This document shows, one piece after another, positions 1 through 9,223 of a stretch of 64,000 nt of DNA. Each line of letters opens with the position of its first letter. Within the stretch, counting starts at the first letter, position 1. The stretch is from Parvularculaceae bacterium. GTDB taxonomy: Bacteria > Pseudomonadota > Alphaproteobacteria > Caulobacterales > Parvularculaceae. The position numbers and the translations under genes were made by a program. The notes beneath the pieces are model-generated. The model did no database searches. It saw only the letters and a list, made by a program, of their open reading frames with translations, and was not told the origin of the DNA. The stretch spans positions 190,194 to 254,193 of the forward strand of contig JAGRDS010000002.1 in the NCBI GenBank assembly GCA_020446945.1. Direction: 5' to 3'.

Positions 1-1
1 G

Positions 2-538
2 GACGAACATCCGCGCGAAACGTCGATGGAAAAACTCGCGGCGCTGAAACCCTTCGTTAAAAAAGACGGCGTCATCACGGCGGGCAACGCCTCGGGCGTC
101 AATGACGGCGCGGCCGCAATGATTGTCGCGTCCGAGGCTGCGGTGAAAAAATACGGGCTTGCACCGCGCGCGCGTTTCGTCGCCGGCGCGGTTGTCGGCG
201 TTTCTCCGCGCGTTATGGGAATCGGGCCGGCGCCCGCGTCGAAAGCGGCGCTCGCCAGGGCGAAACTTTCCGTCGGCGACATGTCGGTGATTGAATTCAA
301 TGAAGCGTTCGCCAGTCAGGCGCTGGCGAGCCTGCGCGAACTCGGCCTTCCCGACGATGCCGAATTCGTCAATCCCAATGGCGGCGCGATCGCATTAGGC
401 CATCCGCTTGGCATGTCGGGCGCGCGCCTTGTCCAGACGGCGGCGGAGGAATTGCAGCGCACCGGCGGACGCTATGGTCTTTGCGCCATGTGCATCGGTG
501 TCGGCCAGGGGATCGCGGCGATAATCGAGCGGGCTTAA
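2..538 (+). CDS. 3-ketoacyl-CoA thiolase (acetyl-CoA C-acyltransferase), C-terminal ~178 aa. The 5' end is outside the window. PaaJ/PcaF-like by context.
   Basis: The frame is open from the window edge ([17 protein letters not shown]...). Thiolase C-terminal signatures [20 protein letters not shown] and [12 protein letters not shown] are present. The gene lies directly upstream of paaABCDE. Confidence 0.9.
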   Translation, partial: DEHPRETSMEKLAALKPFVKKDGVITAGNASGVNDGAAAMIVASEAAVKKYGLAPRARFVAGAVVGVSPRVMGIGPAPASKAALARAKLSVGDMSVIEFNEAFASQALASLRELGLPDDAEFVNPNGGAIALGHPLGMSGARLVQTAAEELQRTGGRYGLCAMCIGVGQGIAAIIERA

Positions 539-731
539 AATTATTTTTCTAACCCACTGAATTTACAGGCGAAAAAAGTTATCCCCCTCCCTTGCGCAGG
601 CCTTAGACTGGTCTCGTAGCGCGCATTCGCGCGCGCGGATCAAAGAGGTGAGCGATGTCGGCCGCGCCGGCGAAGGATCAGTTGATCGGGAATGTTTTCC
701 GCAAGGCCGGCGGCGCCAAACCGTCCGGCGA

Positions 732-755
732 TTCGTTGACCGCTCGGTCAGTGAA
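732..755. promoter_or_regulatory. Imperfect 24-bp palindrome TTCGTTGACCGCTCGGTCAGTGAA with perfect core TGACCG-CT-CGGTCA at 737-750. Candidate operator in the paaA leader.
   Basis: Read directly from the sequence. 20 of 24 positions are symmetric. It ends ~40 bp upstream of the paaA ATG (792). Confidence 0.45.
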
Positions 756-791
756 TTGTAAAAACGCCCCGAATTCCAAGGGAGGACCGCA

Positions 792-1784
792 ATGTACGCC
801 CAGATGGTGAAATCGACGGGCGCGCGCGTCAAATCGCTCGACGAAATGGACCCCGAAGAGCGCGCGTTTCAGGTCCGGATCGACGCCGACATCAAGGTCG
901 AACCGAAAGACTGGATGCCGGAAGGTTATCGCAAGACGCTCATCCGGCAGATCAGCCAGCATGCGCATTCGGAAATCGTCGGCCAGTTGCCGGAAGGAAA
1001 CTGGATCACGCGCGCGCCGACCCTCGACCGCAAGGCGATTTTGATCGCCAAGGTTCAGGACGAGGCGGGACACGGGCTTTACCTCTATTGCGCGGCGGAA
1101 ACTCTCGGCGTCTCGCGCGATGAAATGACGGAACAGCTTTTGTCCGGCAAAGCGAAATATTCCTCCATATTTAATTACCCGACGCTGACCTGGGCCGATA
1201 TCGGCGCGATCGGATGGCTCGTCGACGGCGCGGCGATCATGAACCAGGTTCCGCTGCAACGCTGTTCATTCGGGCCTTATTCGCGCGCGATGATCCGTAT
1301 CTGCAAGGAGGAAAGTTTTCATCAGCGACAGGGATACGACATCATGATGAAGCTTTGCGCGGGAACCGCCGAGCAAAAGGAAATGGCGCAGGACGCGCTG
1401 AACCGCTGGTGGTGGCCGTCCCTGATGATGTTCGGCCCGTCCGACCAGGACAGCGTACACTCGGCGCAGTCCATGGCGTGGAAAATAAAACAGAATTCGA
1501 ATGACGAGCTGCGCCAGAAATTTGTCGACCAGACCGTGCCTCAGGCGGAATATATCGGACTAAAAACGCCAGACCCCGATTGCAAATGGAACGAGGCGCG
1601 CGGCGCCTATGATTTCGGTGAAATCGACTGGAGCGAATTTTACGAAGTCCTCAAGGGAAACGGACCCTGCAACAAGGAGCGATTGGAGGCGCGGCGCAAA
1701 GCCTGGGATGACGGCGCGTGGTTTCGCGACGCCCTGATGGCGCACGCAAAGAAACGCGAAGCGCGCAAGATGGCGGCGGAATAG
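792..1784 (+). CDS. paaA: 1,2-phenylacetyl-CoA epoxidase, catalytic subunit A
   Basis: 330 aa. Ferritin-like di-iron motifs SEIVG, QDEAGHG and KEESFHQ are present. SD GGGAGG lies upstream. It is the first gene of a paaABCDE-ordered block. Confidence 0.93.
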   Translation: MYAQMVKSTGARVKSLDEMDPEERAFQVRIDADIKVEPKDWMPEGYRKTLIRQISQHAHSEIVGQLPEGNWITRAPTLDRKAILIAKVQDEAGHGLYLYCAAETLGVSRDEMTEQLLSGKAKYSSIFNYPTLTWADIGAIGWLVDGAAIMNQVPLQRCSFGPYSRAMIRICKEESFHQRQGYDIMMKLCAGTAEQKEMAQDALNRWWWPSLMMFGPSDQDSVHSAQSMAWKIKQNSNDELRQKFVDQTVPQAEYIGLKTPDPDCKWNEARGAYDFGEIDWSEFYEVLKGNGPCNKERLEARRKAWDDGAWFRDALMAHAKKREARKMAAE

Positions 1785-1793
1785 GAGAGACGT

Positions 1794-2078
1794 ATGAAAA
1801 ACGAATGGCCGCTCTGGGAGGTTTTCATCCGCGGACAACACGGGCTGGCGCATCGCCATGTCGGCAGCCTGCATGCGCCGGATGCCGAAATGGCGGTGAA
1901 AAACGCGCGCGATGTTTACACGCGCCGCAATGAAGGCGTTTCAATCTGGGTCGTCAGGGCGGGCGACATAACCGCGTCTTCACCGGGCGAGAAAGAACCC
2001 CTGTTCGAGCCTTCGAACTCGAAAATATATCGCCATCCGACGTTCTACGACATTCCCGACGATGTGGGGCGCATGTGA
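1794..2078 (+). CDS. paaB: 1,2-phenylacetyl-CoA epoxidase subunit B
   Basis: 94 aa with a typical PaaB sequence (WPLWEVFIR...YTRRNEG). It lies between paaA and paaC. Confidence 0.9.
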   Translation: MKNEWPLWEVFIRGQHGLAHRHVGSLHAPDAEMAVKNARDVYTRRNEGVSIWVVRAGDITASSPGEKEPLFEPSNSKIYRHPTFYDIPDDVGRM

Positions 2079-2845
2079 AGGCGGCGGCGAAAATCGACAT
2101 GGCGCTGTTCGAACTCGCGTTGCGCATGGGCGACAATGATATCGTCCTCGCGCAGCGTATCAGCGCCTGGTGCGGCCATGCGCCGATCCTTGAGGAAGAT
2201 ATCGCGCTCGCCAATGTCGCGCTCGACCTTATCGGCCAGACGAAATTATGGCTCGATCTCGCCGGTGAAATTGAAGGCGCGGGGAGGAGCGCCGATGATC
2301 TCGCCTTTTTGCGCGACGCGCGCGCATATAAAAATGCGCTTCTCGTCGAGCGGCCCAACGGCGATTTCGCCTATACGCTGATGCGTCAGTTCCTTTTCGA
2401 CGCCTGGCATCTGCCGATGCTGCGCGCATTGAAGTCATCGAGCGAACAGCGCGTCGCGGACATCGCGGAAAAAGCCGAAAAGGAAGCGCGCTACCATCTG
2501 GAGCGCACGGAGGATCTCATCATCCGCCTTGGCGACGGAACGCAGGAAAGCCATTCGCGCATGCAGGCGGCGCTGGACGATCTTTATCCCTTCGCCGGCG
2601 AATTTGTCGCGCCTGATGCGATCGACGACGAGCTAGCATCGCGAAAAATTGCGCCGGCGCTTTCGGAAATTGGTGCGCTTTATTTCGACTATCTGGAAAC
2701 CGCGCTTGCGGAGGCGACGCTCAAGGCGCCCGTCGATGCGCCTGTCCGCAAAGGCGGCAGGAAAGGACTACATTCGGAGGAGCTTGGTTATCTGCTCGCC
2801 GAAATGCAGTTTCTTCAGCGCGCCTATCCCGGAGCGAAATGGTGA
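2075..2845 (+). CDS. paaC: 1,2-phenylacetyl-CoA epoxidase structural subunit C
   Basis: 256-aa PaaA/PaaC-family ferritin-like protein that lacks the full ligand set. Its GTG start overlaps the paaB stop (GTGA). Confidence 0.88.
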   Translation: MKAAAKIDMALFELALRMGDNDIVLAQRISAWCGHAPILEEDIALANVALDLIGQTKLWLDLAGEIEGAGRSADDLAFLRDARAYKNALLVERPNGDFAYTLMRQFLFDAWHLPMLRALKSSSEQRVADIAEKAEKEARYHLERTEDLIIRLGDGTQESHSRMQAALDDLYPFAGEFVAPDAIDDELASRKIAPALSEIGALYFDYLETALAEATLKAPVDAPVRKGGRKGLHSEELGYLLAEMQFLQRAYPGAKW

Positions 2846-3342
2846 TGACGGATGTATCGGCGAAACCGTCTGCGGCGGAAATCATGGTCTGGCTTGAAGA
2901 TGTGCCGGACCCGGAAATTCCGGTTGTCTCGGTCGTCGATCTCGGCATCGTTCGCGCCGTCGCGTGGGATGGCGACGAACTTGTCGTCACGGTGACGCCG
3001 ACCTATTCCGGCTGTCCCGCGACGGCCGTCATCTCGATCGAGATCGAAGAAACGCTTCGCCGGCGCGGTATTGCGAAAGTGCGAATAAAATCGCAATTGT
3101 CGCCCGCCTGGTCGACGGACTGGATCGGCGCCGGGGCGCGCGAAAAACTGAAAGCCTATGGTATTGCGCCGCCGGTCGATGACGCGCGCTGCATCGGCGA
3201 TTTGAAAAACCCGATCGTGGAATGCCCGCATTGCGGTTCGAATGCGACCGAGCAGGTGGCGCGTTTTGGGTCGACGCCTTGCAAGGCGAGCTGGCGTTGC
3301 CGCGATTGCCTCGAGCCGTTTGATTATTTCAAGAGATTTTAA
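2839..3342 (+). CDS. paaD: Phenylacetate-CoA oxygenase subunit PaaD (DUF59/Fe-S assembly-like)
   Basis: 167 aa. A DUF59-like core (VVDLGIVR...VTVTPTYSGCPA) is followed by a C-terminal Cys cluster CPHCGS...CRDC. It overlaps the end of paaC. Confidence 0.88.
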   Translation: MVMTDVSAKPSAAEIMVWLEDVPDPEIPVVSVVDLGIVRAVAWDGDELVVTVTPTYSGCPATAVISIEIEETLRRRGIAKVRIKSQLSPAWSTDWIGAGAREKLKAYGIAPPVDDARCIGDLKNPIVECPHCGSNATEQVARFGSTPCKASWRCRDCLEPFDYFKRF

Positions 3343-4418
3343 TGGCCCAGTTTACCCCGCTTACCGTCACCGACATCAAGCGCGATACGCGCGATTCCGT
3401 TATTTTGACGCTGGCGCCGCCGCCTCAATCGAATGGCGAATTCAAATTTATTCAGGGCCAGTACCTCACCTTTCGCCGCGTATTCGATGGCGAGGAAATG
3501 CGGCGATCCTATTCGATCTGCGCCGGCGTCAATGACGGGGCGCTTCGCGTCGGCATCAAAAAGGTCGATGGCGGCTGGTTTTCCAGCTGGGCGAATGACG
3601 AGCTAAAAATCGGCGACACGCTCGAAGCGATGAAGCCGATGGGAAATTTCCACGCGCCCCTGCTGCCCGATGGCGCGCGCGCCTATCTCGGTTTCGCCGG
3701 CGGATCAGGCATAACGCCGATGATAAGCCTTTTAAAGACCGTTCTGGAAGCGGAAAAGAAGTCGACCTTTACGCTTGTTTACGGCAATCGCTCAGCGTCC
3801 GCGATCATGTTCCGCGAGGAACTTGAGGATCTGAAGAATATTTATCTGGGCCGGCTTAATATCGTCCACATCCTCGAAAGCGAGGCGGCGGACATCGATC
3901 TGTTTTCGGGACGGCTCGACCGTGAAAAATGCGACGCGCTTTTTTCCTGCTGGATCGACGCGAAAAACGCTGACCTTGCTTTTATTTGCGGGCCGGAACC
4001 GATGATGCTGGCGGTGTCTGACGCCCTGAAAGCGCAAGGCATGGATGAGCGCGCGATAAGGTTTGAACTTTTCGCCAGCGCGCAGCCGGGGCGCGCGAAG
4101 AAAAAGGCCGCCTCCGCCAGCGCCGCCGACAAGGGTGCGAAATGTTCGGCGACAATCATTCTCGATGGGACGGCGCGCATTATCGAACTTTCCAAAGATG
4201 AGGAAACCGTTCTGGAGGCCGCGCTCGCCGCGTCGATCGATGCGCCTTTCGCCTGCAAGGCCGGCGTGTGTTCGACCTGCCGGGCGAAGCTTGTCGAAGG
4301 TGAGGTCGATATGGAAGCGAATTATGCGCTTGAAGACTATGAGGTTGAAAGAGGCTATATTCTGACATGTCAGTCGCATCCGCGAACAGACCGCGTCGTC
4401 GTCGATTACGATCAGTGA
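3342..4418 (+). CDS. paaE: Phenylacetate-CoA oxygenase reductase subunit (FNR-like domain plus 2Fe-2S ferredoxin)
   Basis: 358 aa. It has the RSYS FAD-binding motif, the GGSGITP NAD(P)-binding motif and a C-terminal plant-type cluster CKAGVCSTC...C. It shows a TAATG overlap with paaD. Confidence 0.92.
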   Translation: MAQFTPLTVTDIKRDTRDSVILTLAPPPQSNGEFKFIQGQYLTFRRVFDGEEMRRSYSICAGVNDGALRVGIKKVDGGWFSSWANDELKIGDTLEAMKPMGNFHAPLLPDGARAYLGFAGGSGITPMISLLKTVLEAEKKSTFTLVYGNRSASAIMFREELEDLKNIYLGRLNIVHILESEAADIDLFSGRLDREKCDALFSCWIDAKNADLAFICGPEPMMLAVSDALKAQGMDERAIRFELFASAQPGRAKKKAASASAADKGAKCSATIILDGTARIIELSKDEETVLEAALAASIDAPFACKAGVCSTCRAKLVEGEVDMEANYALEDYEVERGYILTCQSHPRTDRVVVDYDQ

Positions 4419-4419
4419 A

Positions 4420-5193
4420 ATGACGGACGAGAACGACATATTCGATTATCTATCGCGCGGCGGAAAGTTTTCCGCGCCGGGAAACGCGCCTGCGCGCTAT
4501 CGCGCCGAGATGCTTCGCATGACGGCCAGTTTCGTCGATTCCGAACTGGCCGGCGCGGCGGGCTTCGCCGACTGCGTGAATTGGGGGCCGGGCGTGAAAG
4601 AGAAAATCGCCGCCTCGCGCATCGTGCTTGAAAAGCTTGATCACGCCGAGCGGGTATTGGCGATTATGGGCGATTTCGGTGCGAATATTTCACGTTACGA
4701 AAGCGTTCATCCGTGGGCGGCGCGTATCTCGCGCGATGAGGATATCGGCGTAACGCGCCGCGCCGGCGACATGCGCCTTAACGTGTTTCATTATCCGCTG
4801 CGGGACTGGGTGGATTCCGTCGTGATGAATGTGATGATGGGAAATGCGACCGTCATTCAACTCGGCGATCTTCAAAATTGTTCCTATCAGCCGCTTGGCG
4901 CCGCGTTTCGCGATATCCTGCCGCGAGAACGCCGCCATGCAGAGCTTGGCGAGGAGGGCTTGCGCAATCTGGCGGGGCGGGGCGGCGAAACGCTGACCAA
5001 AATCGACGACAGCGTCAATTACTGGTGGCCGAAAGTGGCGGCGACATTCGGCGCGCCGAAATCCGACCGAACGGAAATGTTGATGCGATTCGGCCTGCGT
5101 CATAGAAGCAATGCGGAATTGCTCGAAGAATGGCGCGACCGGATGAGCGTCGTTCTCGCGAGCGCACAGGGATCGCGGAGCGAGAGTTGCTGA
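4420..5193 (+). CDS. Additional PaaA/PaaC-family (ferritin-like) protein, closer to PaaA, with a partly degenerate metal-ligand set
   Basis: 257 aa. It aligns by eye with the window's PaaA: [54 protein letters not shown]. The ATG lies 1 nt after the paaE stop. Confidence 0.6.
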   Translation: MTDENDIFDYLSRGGKFSAPGNAPARYRAEMLRMTASFVDSELAGAAGFADCVNWGPGVKEKIAASRIVLEKLDHAERVLAIMGDFGANISRYESVHPWAARISRDEDIGVTRRAGDMRLNVFHYPLRDWVDSVVMNVMMGNATVIQLGDLQNCSYQPLGAAFRDILPRERRHAELGEEGLRNLAGRGGETLTKIDDSVNYWWPKVAATFGAPKSDRTEMLMRFGLRHRSNAELLEEWRDRMSVVLASAQGSRSESC

Positions 5194-5201
5194 ACAGGGA
5201 C

Positions 5202-6614
5202 GTGATTGTCGGCGTTTGCGGCGCCGGCGCGATGGGGGCGGGAATTGCGCAGGTGGCGGCGCAGGCCGGTCATCGCGTCATCGTGCTGGACCGGGCGGAC
5301 GATGCGCTCGCGCGCGGTCGCGCAGCGCTCGCCAAGGGGCTGGGCGCGCTCGTCAAACGCGGCAGGATCACCGAGGGCGAAAGCGAAGCGATCGCCGCGC
5401 GATGTTCCTGGACGCTTGATGTCGCGGATTTCGGCCCCGCCGGCCTCGTTATTGAGGCGATCGTTGAAAATCCGGAAATCAAGCGCGCGCTTTTCCAGCA
5501 GGTCGAAGATGCGGTCGCGGACGAGGCGGTGATTGCGACAAATACATCCTCGCTGTCGGTGACGGCGCTTGCGTCCGGCCGAAAAAATCCGTCCCGCTAC
5601 ATGGGTCTGCATTTTTTCAATCCAGCGCCCATCATGAAACTCGTCGAGGTGATTTCGGGCGCCGAAACCGATCCATCGCTCGCCTGTTCCGCGCTCGATC
5701 TCATGAAGTCGTGGGGCAAAACTGCGGTGATGGCGCGCGATGCGCCGGGTTTTATCGTCAACCGCGTTGCGCGCCCTTACTATGGCGAGGGTTGGCGCGC
5801 GCTCGAAGAAGGGGCGGGCGATGCGGCGACGCTCGATTTTCTTTATTGCGACCTTGCCGGTTTTCGCATGGGCCCGTTCGAACTGGGCGACCTGATCGGC
5901 CATGACATAAATGTGGCGGCAGCGAAATCGGTTTTCGGCGCCTATTTCGGACGCACGCGGTTTACGCCGTCCTTGATGCAAAGCAGCCTCGTCGATGCAG
6001 GCCGTCTGGGGCGCAAATCCGGCGCCGGCGTTTTCGATTACGCCGGGGATGAAAAACCTGCGCCGGTTTTCGCCGCCAGGGCGCGGGCGAACGGCGACAA
6101 TAGATTGCTGCAAAAACTGATCGGCGAAGGCGCGGTGGAATATGAAGGCGCGCGCATTATGAGATGCGACGGCAGAACGGCGCTGAATGTCGCGGCCAAG
6201 ACAGGCGCCGGCGTCGCCGTCGTCGATTTTATCCGCGATCGTGCAGCGGCGACGGCGATCGCATTTGCAGCCTCGGACGAAAAAGCCGATGCGGCGGCGC
6301 TTTCTTTCATCTCCGCCTGCGGGAAGGACGCCGTGCGGATTAAAGATCGCGCCGGCCTCGTCGTTTACAGAACCTTGCTGCAACTCGCCAATTGCGCGGC
6401 GGACGCCATCCGCGATCAGGTCGCCTCGCCCGAGGCGATCGATATAGCGATGACGAACGGCGTTAATTATCCGTTCGGGCCGATCGCCTTTGCGCGCGCC
6501 GCCGGCTTCGAAAGGGTCGTGTCCGCGCTTGATGCGATTGCGGACGAATGCGGCGAAGCGATGTACCGGCCGGGTGAATGGTTGCGCGCGCGTGCGCGGC
6601 GCGACTTGTTATAA
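5202..6614 (+). CDS. paaH: 3-hydroxyacyl-CoA dehydrogenase (PaaH-type, long form)
   Basis: It has the Rossmann motif VCGAGAMGAGIAQ and 3-hydroxyacyl-CoA dehydrogenase N and C domains. The ORF-track ATG at 5130 overlaps the upstream gene. The in-frame GTG at 5202, preceded by AGGGA, is the more likely start, but this remains uncertain. Confidence 0.85.
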   Translation: MIVGVCGAGAMGAGIAQVAAQAGHRVIVLDRADDALARGRAALAKGLGALVKRGRITEGESEAIAARCSWTLDVADFGPAGLVIEAIVENPEIKRALFQQVEDAVADEAVIATNTSSLSVTALASGRKNPSRYMGLHFFNPAPIMKLVEVISGAETDPSLACSALDLMKSWGKTAVMARDAPGFIVNRVARPYYGEGWRALEEGAGDAATLDFLYCDLAGFRMGPFELGDLIGHDINVAAAKSVFGAYFGRTRFTPSLMQSSLVDAGRLGRKSGAGVFDYAGDEKPAPVFAARARANGDNRLLQKLIGEGAVEYEGARIMRCDGRTALNVAAKTGAGVAVVDFIRDRAAATAIAFAASDEKADAAALSFISACGKDAVRIKDRAGLVVYRTLLQLANCAADAIRDQVASPEAIDIAMTNGVNYPFGPIAFARAAGFERVVSALDAIADECGEAMYRPGEWLRARARRDLL

Positions 6615-6634
6615 CATCTCGCTCGATATATATT
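6606..6634 (+). promoter_or_regulatory. Near-consensus sigma70-type promoter: -35 TTGTTA (6606-6611), 17-nt spacer, -10 TATATT (6629-6634). Its -35 is embedded in the perfect palindrome TGTTATAACA (6607-6616), a Zur-box-like core.
   Basis: Read directly from the sequence. The palindrome overlaps the paaH stop codon. It lies ~35 bp upstream of the next ORF. Confidence 0.5.
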
Positions 6635-6649
6635 CGGCCCACTGCTTCA

Positions 6650-6970
6650 ATGGAGAGCGGTTTGGCGTTTCGATCGAGATCGGCGGACAAGGCCGCCGCC
6701 CGGCGCGTATTCGCGGCCGGGTTGCTCGCTTTCGCTTTCATTGCCGCTCAATTCCTCGTCGCCGGCCATTTTGAAGACAAGTTCGCGCATGCGCCGCAGA
6801 CTTGCGAATATTGCATCGCCGCTGCGATGTCGAACGATCCGAACGATGCAGTCGTTCGCATCGAGGCGCCTTATCGCGCATTGGATACGCGCGTTGAGCC
6901 TGTCACGGCGGATATTTTCATCGCCGCCGCGATCTCGACGCCCAATTCGCGCGCGCCGCCATTTTGCTGA
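6650..6970 (+). CDS. Small membrane or secreted protein with a His...His...CxxC motif (DUF2946-like). An alternative TTG start at 6662 follows GGAGA.
   Basis: It has a hydrophobic N-terminal segment (VFAAGLLAFAFIAAQFLVAG) followed by HFEDKFAHAPQTCEYC. It lies directly upstream of a TonB-dependent receptor. The family assignment is from memory. Confidence 0.5.
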   Translation: MESGLAFRSRSADKAAARRVFAAGLLAFAFIAAQFLVAGHFEDKFAHAPQTCEYCIAAAMSNDPNDAVVRIEAPYRALDTRVEPVTADIFIAAAISTPNSRAPPFC

Positions 6971-7066
6971 TCCCTTTCGAGTAAGCGCGCCGCGTTAAGC
7001 AGTCTCAAACCGGGATTGCGAGCTCGCGGCGCTGTTCGACGGATTTGGCAATCAGGCAGTTTTATA

Positions 7067-9169
7067 ATGACATCGAAAAGCTTTCCGCATGTCGGCGTTT
7101 CGCTCGCCGTTCTGTGCTTACCGACTATCGCAGCGGCGCAGGAAGACGTTGTTCGCGATGAAATCGTCGTCACCGCCTCGCCTCTGGAGCGTTCGGCGGA
7201 AGAAACTATCGTCGGCTCGACGGTGCTTTCGGGTGACGAACTCGAACGCAATCTCTCCGGATCGATCGGCGAAACGCTTCGCCGCCAGCCGGGCATTTCT
7301 TCCACTTTTTTCGGTCCGGCCGCTTCGCGCCCGGTCATTCGCGGCCTCGGCGGCGACAGGATAAGCGTTCTCGATTCCGGCATCGGGTCGATTGACGCAT
7401 CATCGACGAGTCCCGATCACGCCGTCGCGGTCGAACCGGCGACGGCCGAGAAAATCGAAATCGTGCGCGGCGCGGCGACATTGCTTTACGGCTCGTCCGC
7501 GGCGGGCGGCGTTGTAAACGTTTTCAGCGGAAAGGTTCCGTCTGCGGTTCCAGATGACGGCGTCGACGGCGCCCTTCGCGTCGGCGGTTCCAGCGCCGAC
7601 GAAGGCGTCGACGCCGCCGGCGGTTTTGACGTCGATCTCGGCGCGGCGGGCGCGGGCGCTTTCGTGTTTCACGGCGAAGGTTTTTATCGCAGGGCGGACG
7701 ACTACAAAGTCCCGGGGTTTGTCGAGTCTGAACGCCTTCGCGCCGCTGAAGAAGCTTCCGGCGAACACAACCATGACGGTGAAGACGCTGCATTCGGCCG
7801 CGTCGCGAACACTTCGCTTGAAACGAAAGGCGGAGCCGCCGGCCTGTCCTATGTATTCGACAACGGTTTCCTCGGCGTTTCAGGAACGGCGATCAACACC
7901 GATTACGGCGTGCCCGGAGCGCATGGCGACCATGAAGAAGACGCCGCGAGCCTCGGCGGGCTTGAAAAGGGCGTTACGATCGCCTTGAAACAACGGCGGA
8001 TTGATCTCGACAGCGAGATCGATTCCGACCTTCTTTTCTTTGAAAAGGCCAAGCTGCGCGTCGGCTATGCGGACTACGCGCATACCGAGATCGAGCCTTC
8101 GGGCGCGCCGGGTACGATATTCGCGAATGAGGGCGTTGAGGGGCGCCTGGAACTTGTTGACGATGACGCACGCGCGGCGGGCGGAACGCTAAAGGGCGCT
8201 TACGGGTTCCAATGGAAACTGCGCGACTTTTCCGCTGTCGGAGATGAGGCGTTCGTTCCGAAAGTGCGGTCCCGGCAGTTCGGCCTGTTCGGCCTTGAAG
8301 AATACGAGCGCGGCGTTTTGCGTCTTGAAGCCGGCGCGCGGTACGAACGGACGAGGCATCGCGCGCCGACCATCGCCGCGGACCGCTCGTTCGACGCATG
8401 GTCTGTCTCGGCCGGCGTCGGTTTGACGCCTGCAGATGGCGTCTTTCTCGGCGTAACGGGATTGCGGACCGAACGCGCTCCGTCGCCGGAGGAGCTTTTT
8501 TCGAACGGGCCACATCTTGCGACCGGCGTTTTCGAGATCGGCGACCCGACGCTCGGCGTTGAAACCGCACGCGGCGTTGAGGCGACCGTCAAATTCAGCA
8601 ATGACGCAATATCCTTCATCGTCAACGGGTTCTACACGTCGTATCGCGATTTCATCTTCGAGAATTTCACGGGAGCCGACGCCGATATAGACGGCGATCT
8701 CATTCCGATCGTCCGGTTCGAAGCGAGCGATGCGACATTTAAGGGGTTTGAAGCGCAACTTGACGCCGAACTTTTCCGGATCGGCCCGTTTCATATTCAC
8801 GGCCACGCTGCGACTGATTACGTGCGCGCAACAGCGGACAGGTCGGCGACAGGAAACCTGCCGCGAATTCCGCCCTTGAGCGGCCTGTTCGCCCTTGAAG
8901 CGAATTCAGACATTTTCGATTTTCGCGGCGAGATTGAACATGCGCGCGCGCAGGAAGAGGTCGGGTTCAACGAATTGCCGACAGACGGTTATACGCAATA
9001 CAATCTTTATGCGACCTTTCGGCCCATGGGTTCGGACAGCCCGATATCCCTTCGCCTCGCCGCGCTCAATATTTCAAACGAGGACGCGCGCCTTCATACA
9101 TCCTTCCTGAAGGACGTTGCGCCGCTGCCGGGGCGGAATATCAAGATTTCCGTTGACGGAAAATTCTGA
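7067..9169 (+). CDS. TonB-dependent outer-membrane receptor, probably for a metal cation (His/Asp/Glu-rich loops)
   Basis: It has a signal peptide (...LPTIAAAQ), a TonB box/plug (DEIVVTASPLE...VRGLGGDR) and a C-terminal beta-barrel ending in ...DGKF. The loops contain SGEHNHDGED and YGVPGAHGDHEED. Confidence 0.9.
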   Translation: MTSKSFPHVGVSLAVLCLPTIAAAQEDVVRDEIVVTASPLERSAEETIVGSTVLSGDELERNLSGSIGETLRRQPGISSTFFGPAASRPVIRGLGGDRISVLDSGIGSIDASSTSPDHAVAVEPATAEKIEIVRGAATLLYGSSAAGGVVNVFSGKVPSAVPDDGVDGALRVGGSSADEGVDAAGGFDVDLGAAGAGAFVFHGEGFYRRADDYKVPGFVESERLRAAEEASGEHNHDGEDAAFGRVANTSLETKGGAAGLSYVFDNGFLGVSGTAINTDYGVPGAHGDHEEDAASLGGLEKGVTIALKQRRIDLDSEIDSDLLFFEKAKLRVGYADYAHTEIEPSGAPGTIFANEGVEGRLELVDDDARAAGGTLKGAYGFQWKLRDFSAVGDEAFVPKVRSRQFGLFGLEEYERGVLRLEAGARYERTRHRAPTIAADRSFDAWSVSAGVGLTPADGVFLGVTGLRTERAPSPEELFSNGPHLATGVFEIGDPTLGVETARGVEATVKFSNDAISFIVNGFYTSYRDFIFENFTGADADIDGDLIPIVRFEASDATFKGFEAQLDAELFRIGPFHIHGHAATDYVRATADRSATGNLPRIPPLSGLFALEANSDIFDFRGEIEHARAQEEVGFNELPTDGYTQYNLYATFRPMGSDSPISLRLAALNISNEDARLHTSFLKDVAPLPGRNIKISVDGKF

Positions 9170-9177
9170 AAGACAAA

Positions 9178-9199
9178 GCGCCGGCGAAATCGCCGGCGC
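9178..9199. terminator. GC-rich hairpin GCGCCGGCG-AAAT-CGCCGGCGC between the convergent receptor and cspA genes
   Basis: A 9-bp perfect stem was read from the sequence. It is flanked by a T-rich run on the plus strand (CAGTTTCGCTTTG). Confidence 0.6.
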
Positions 9200-9223
9200 C
9201 AGTTTCGCTTTGCAGTGCCGGAC

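Noticed and set aside
655-810. A 51-codon upstream ORF in the paaA leader (SD AGAGGTG, MSAAPAKDQLIGNVFRKAGGAKPSGDS...) overlapping the paaA start.
   Set aside because: The first ~30 codons have GC-rich third positions, but the rest do not. There are no recognisable motifs, and the palindromic operator candidate lies within it. The evidence is insufficient to call a CDS.
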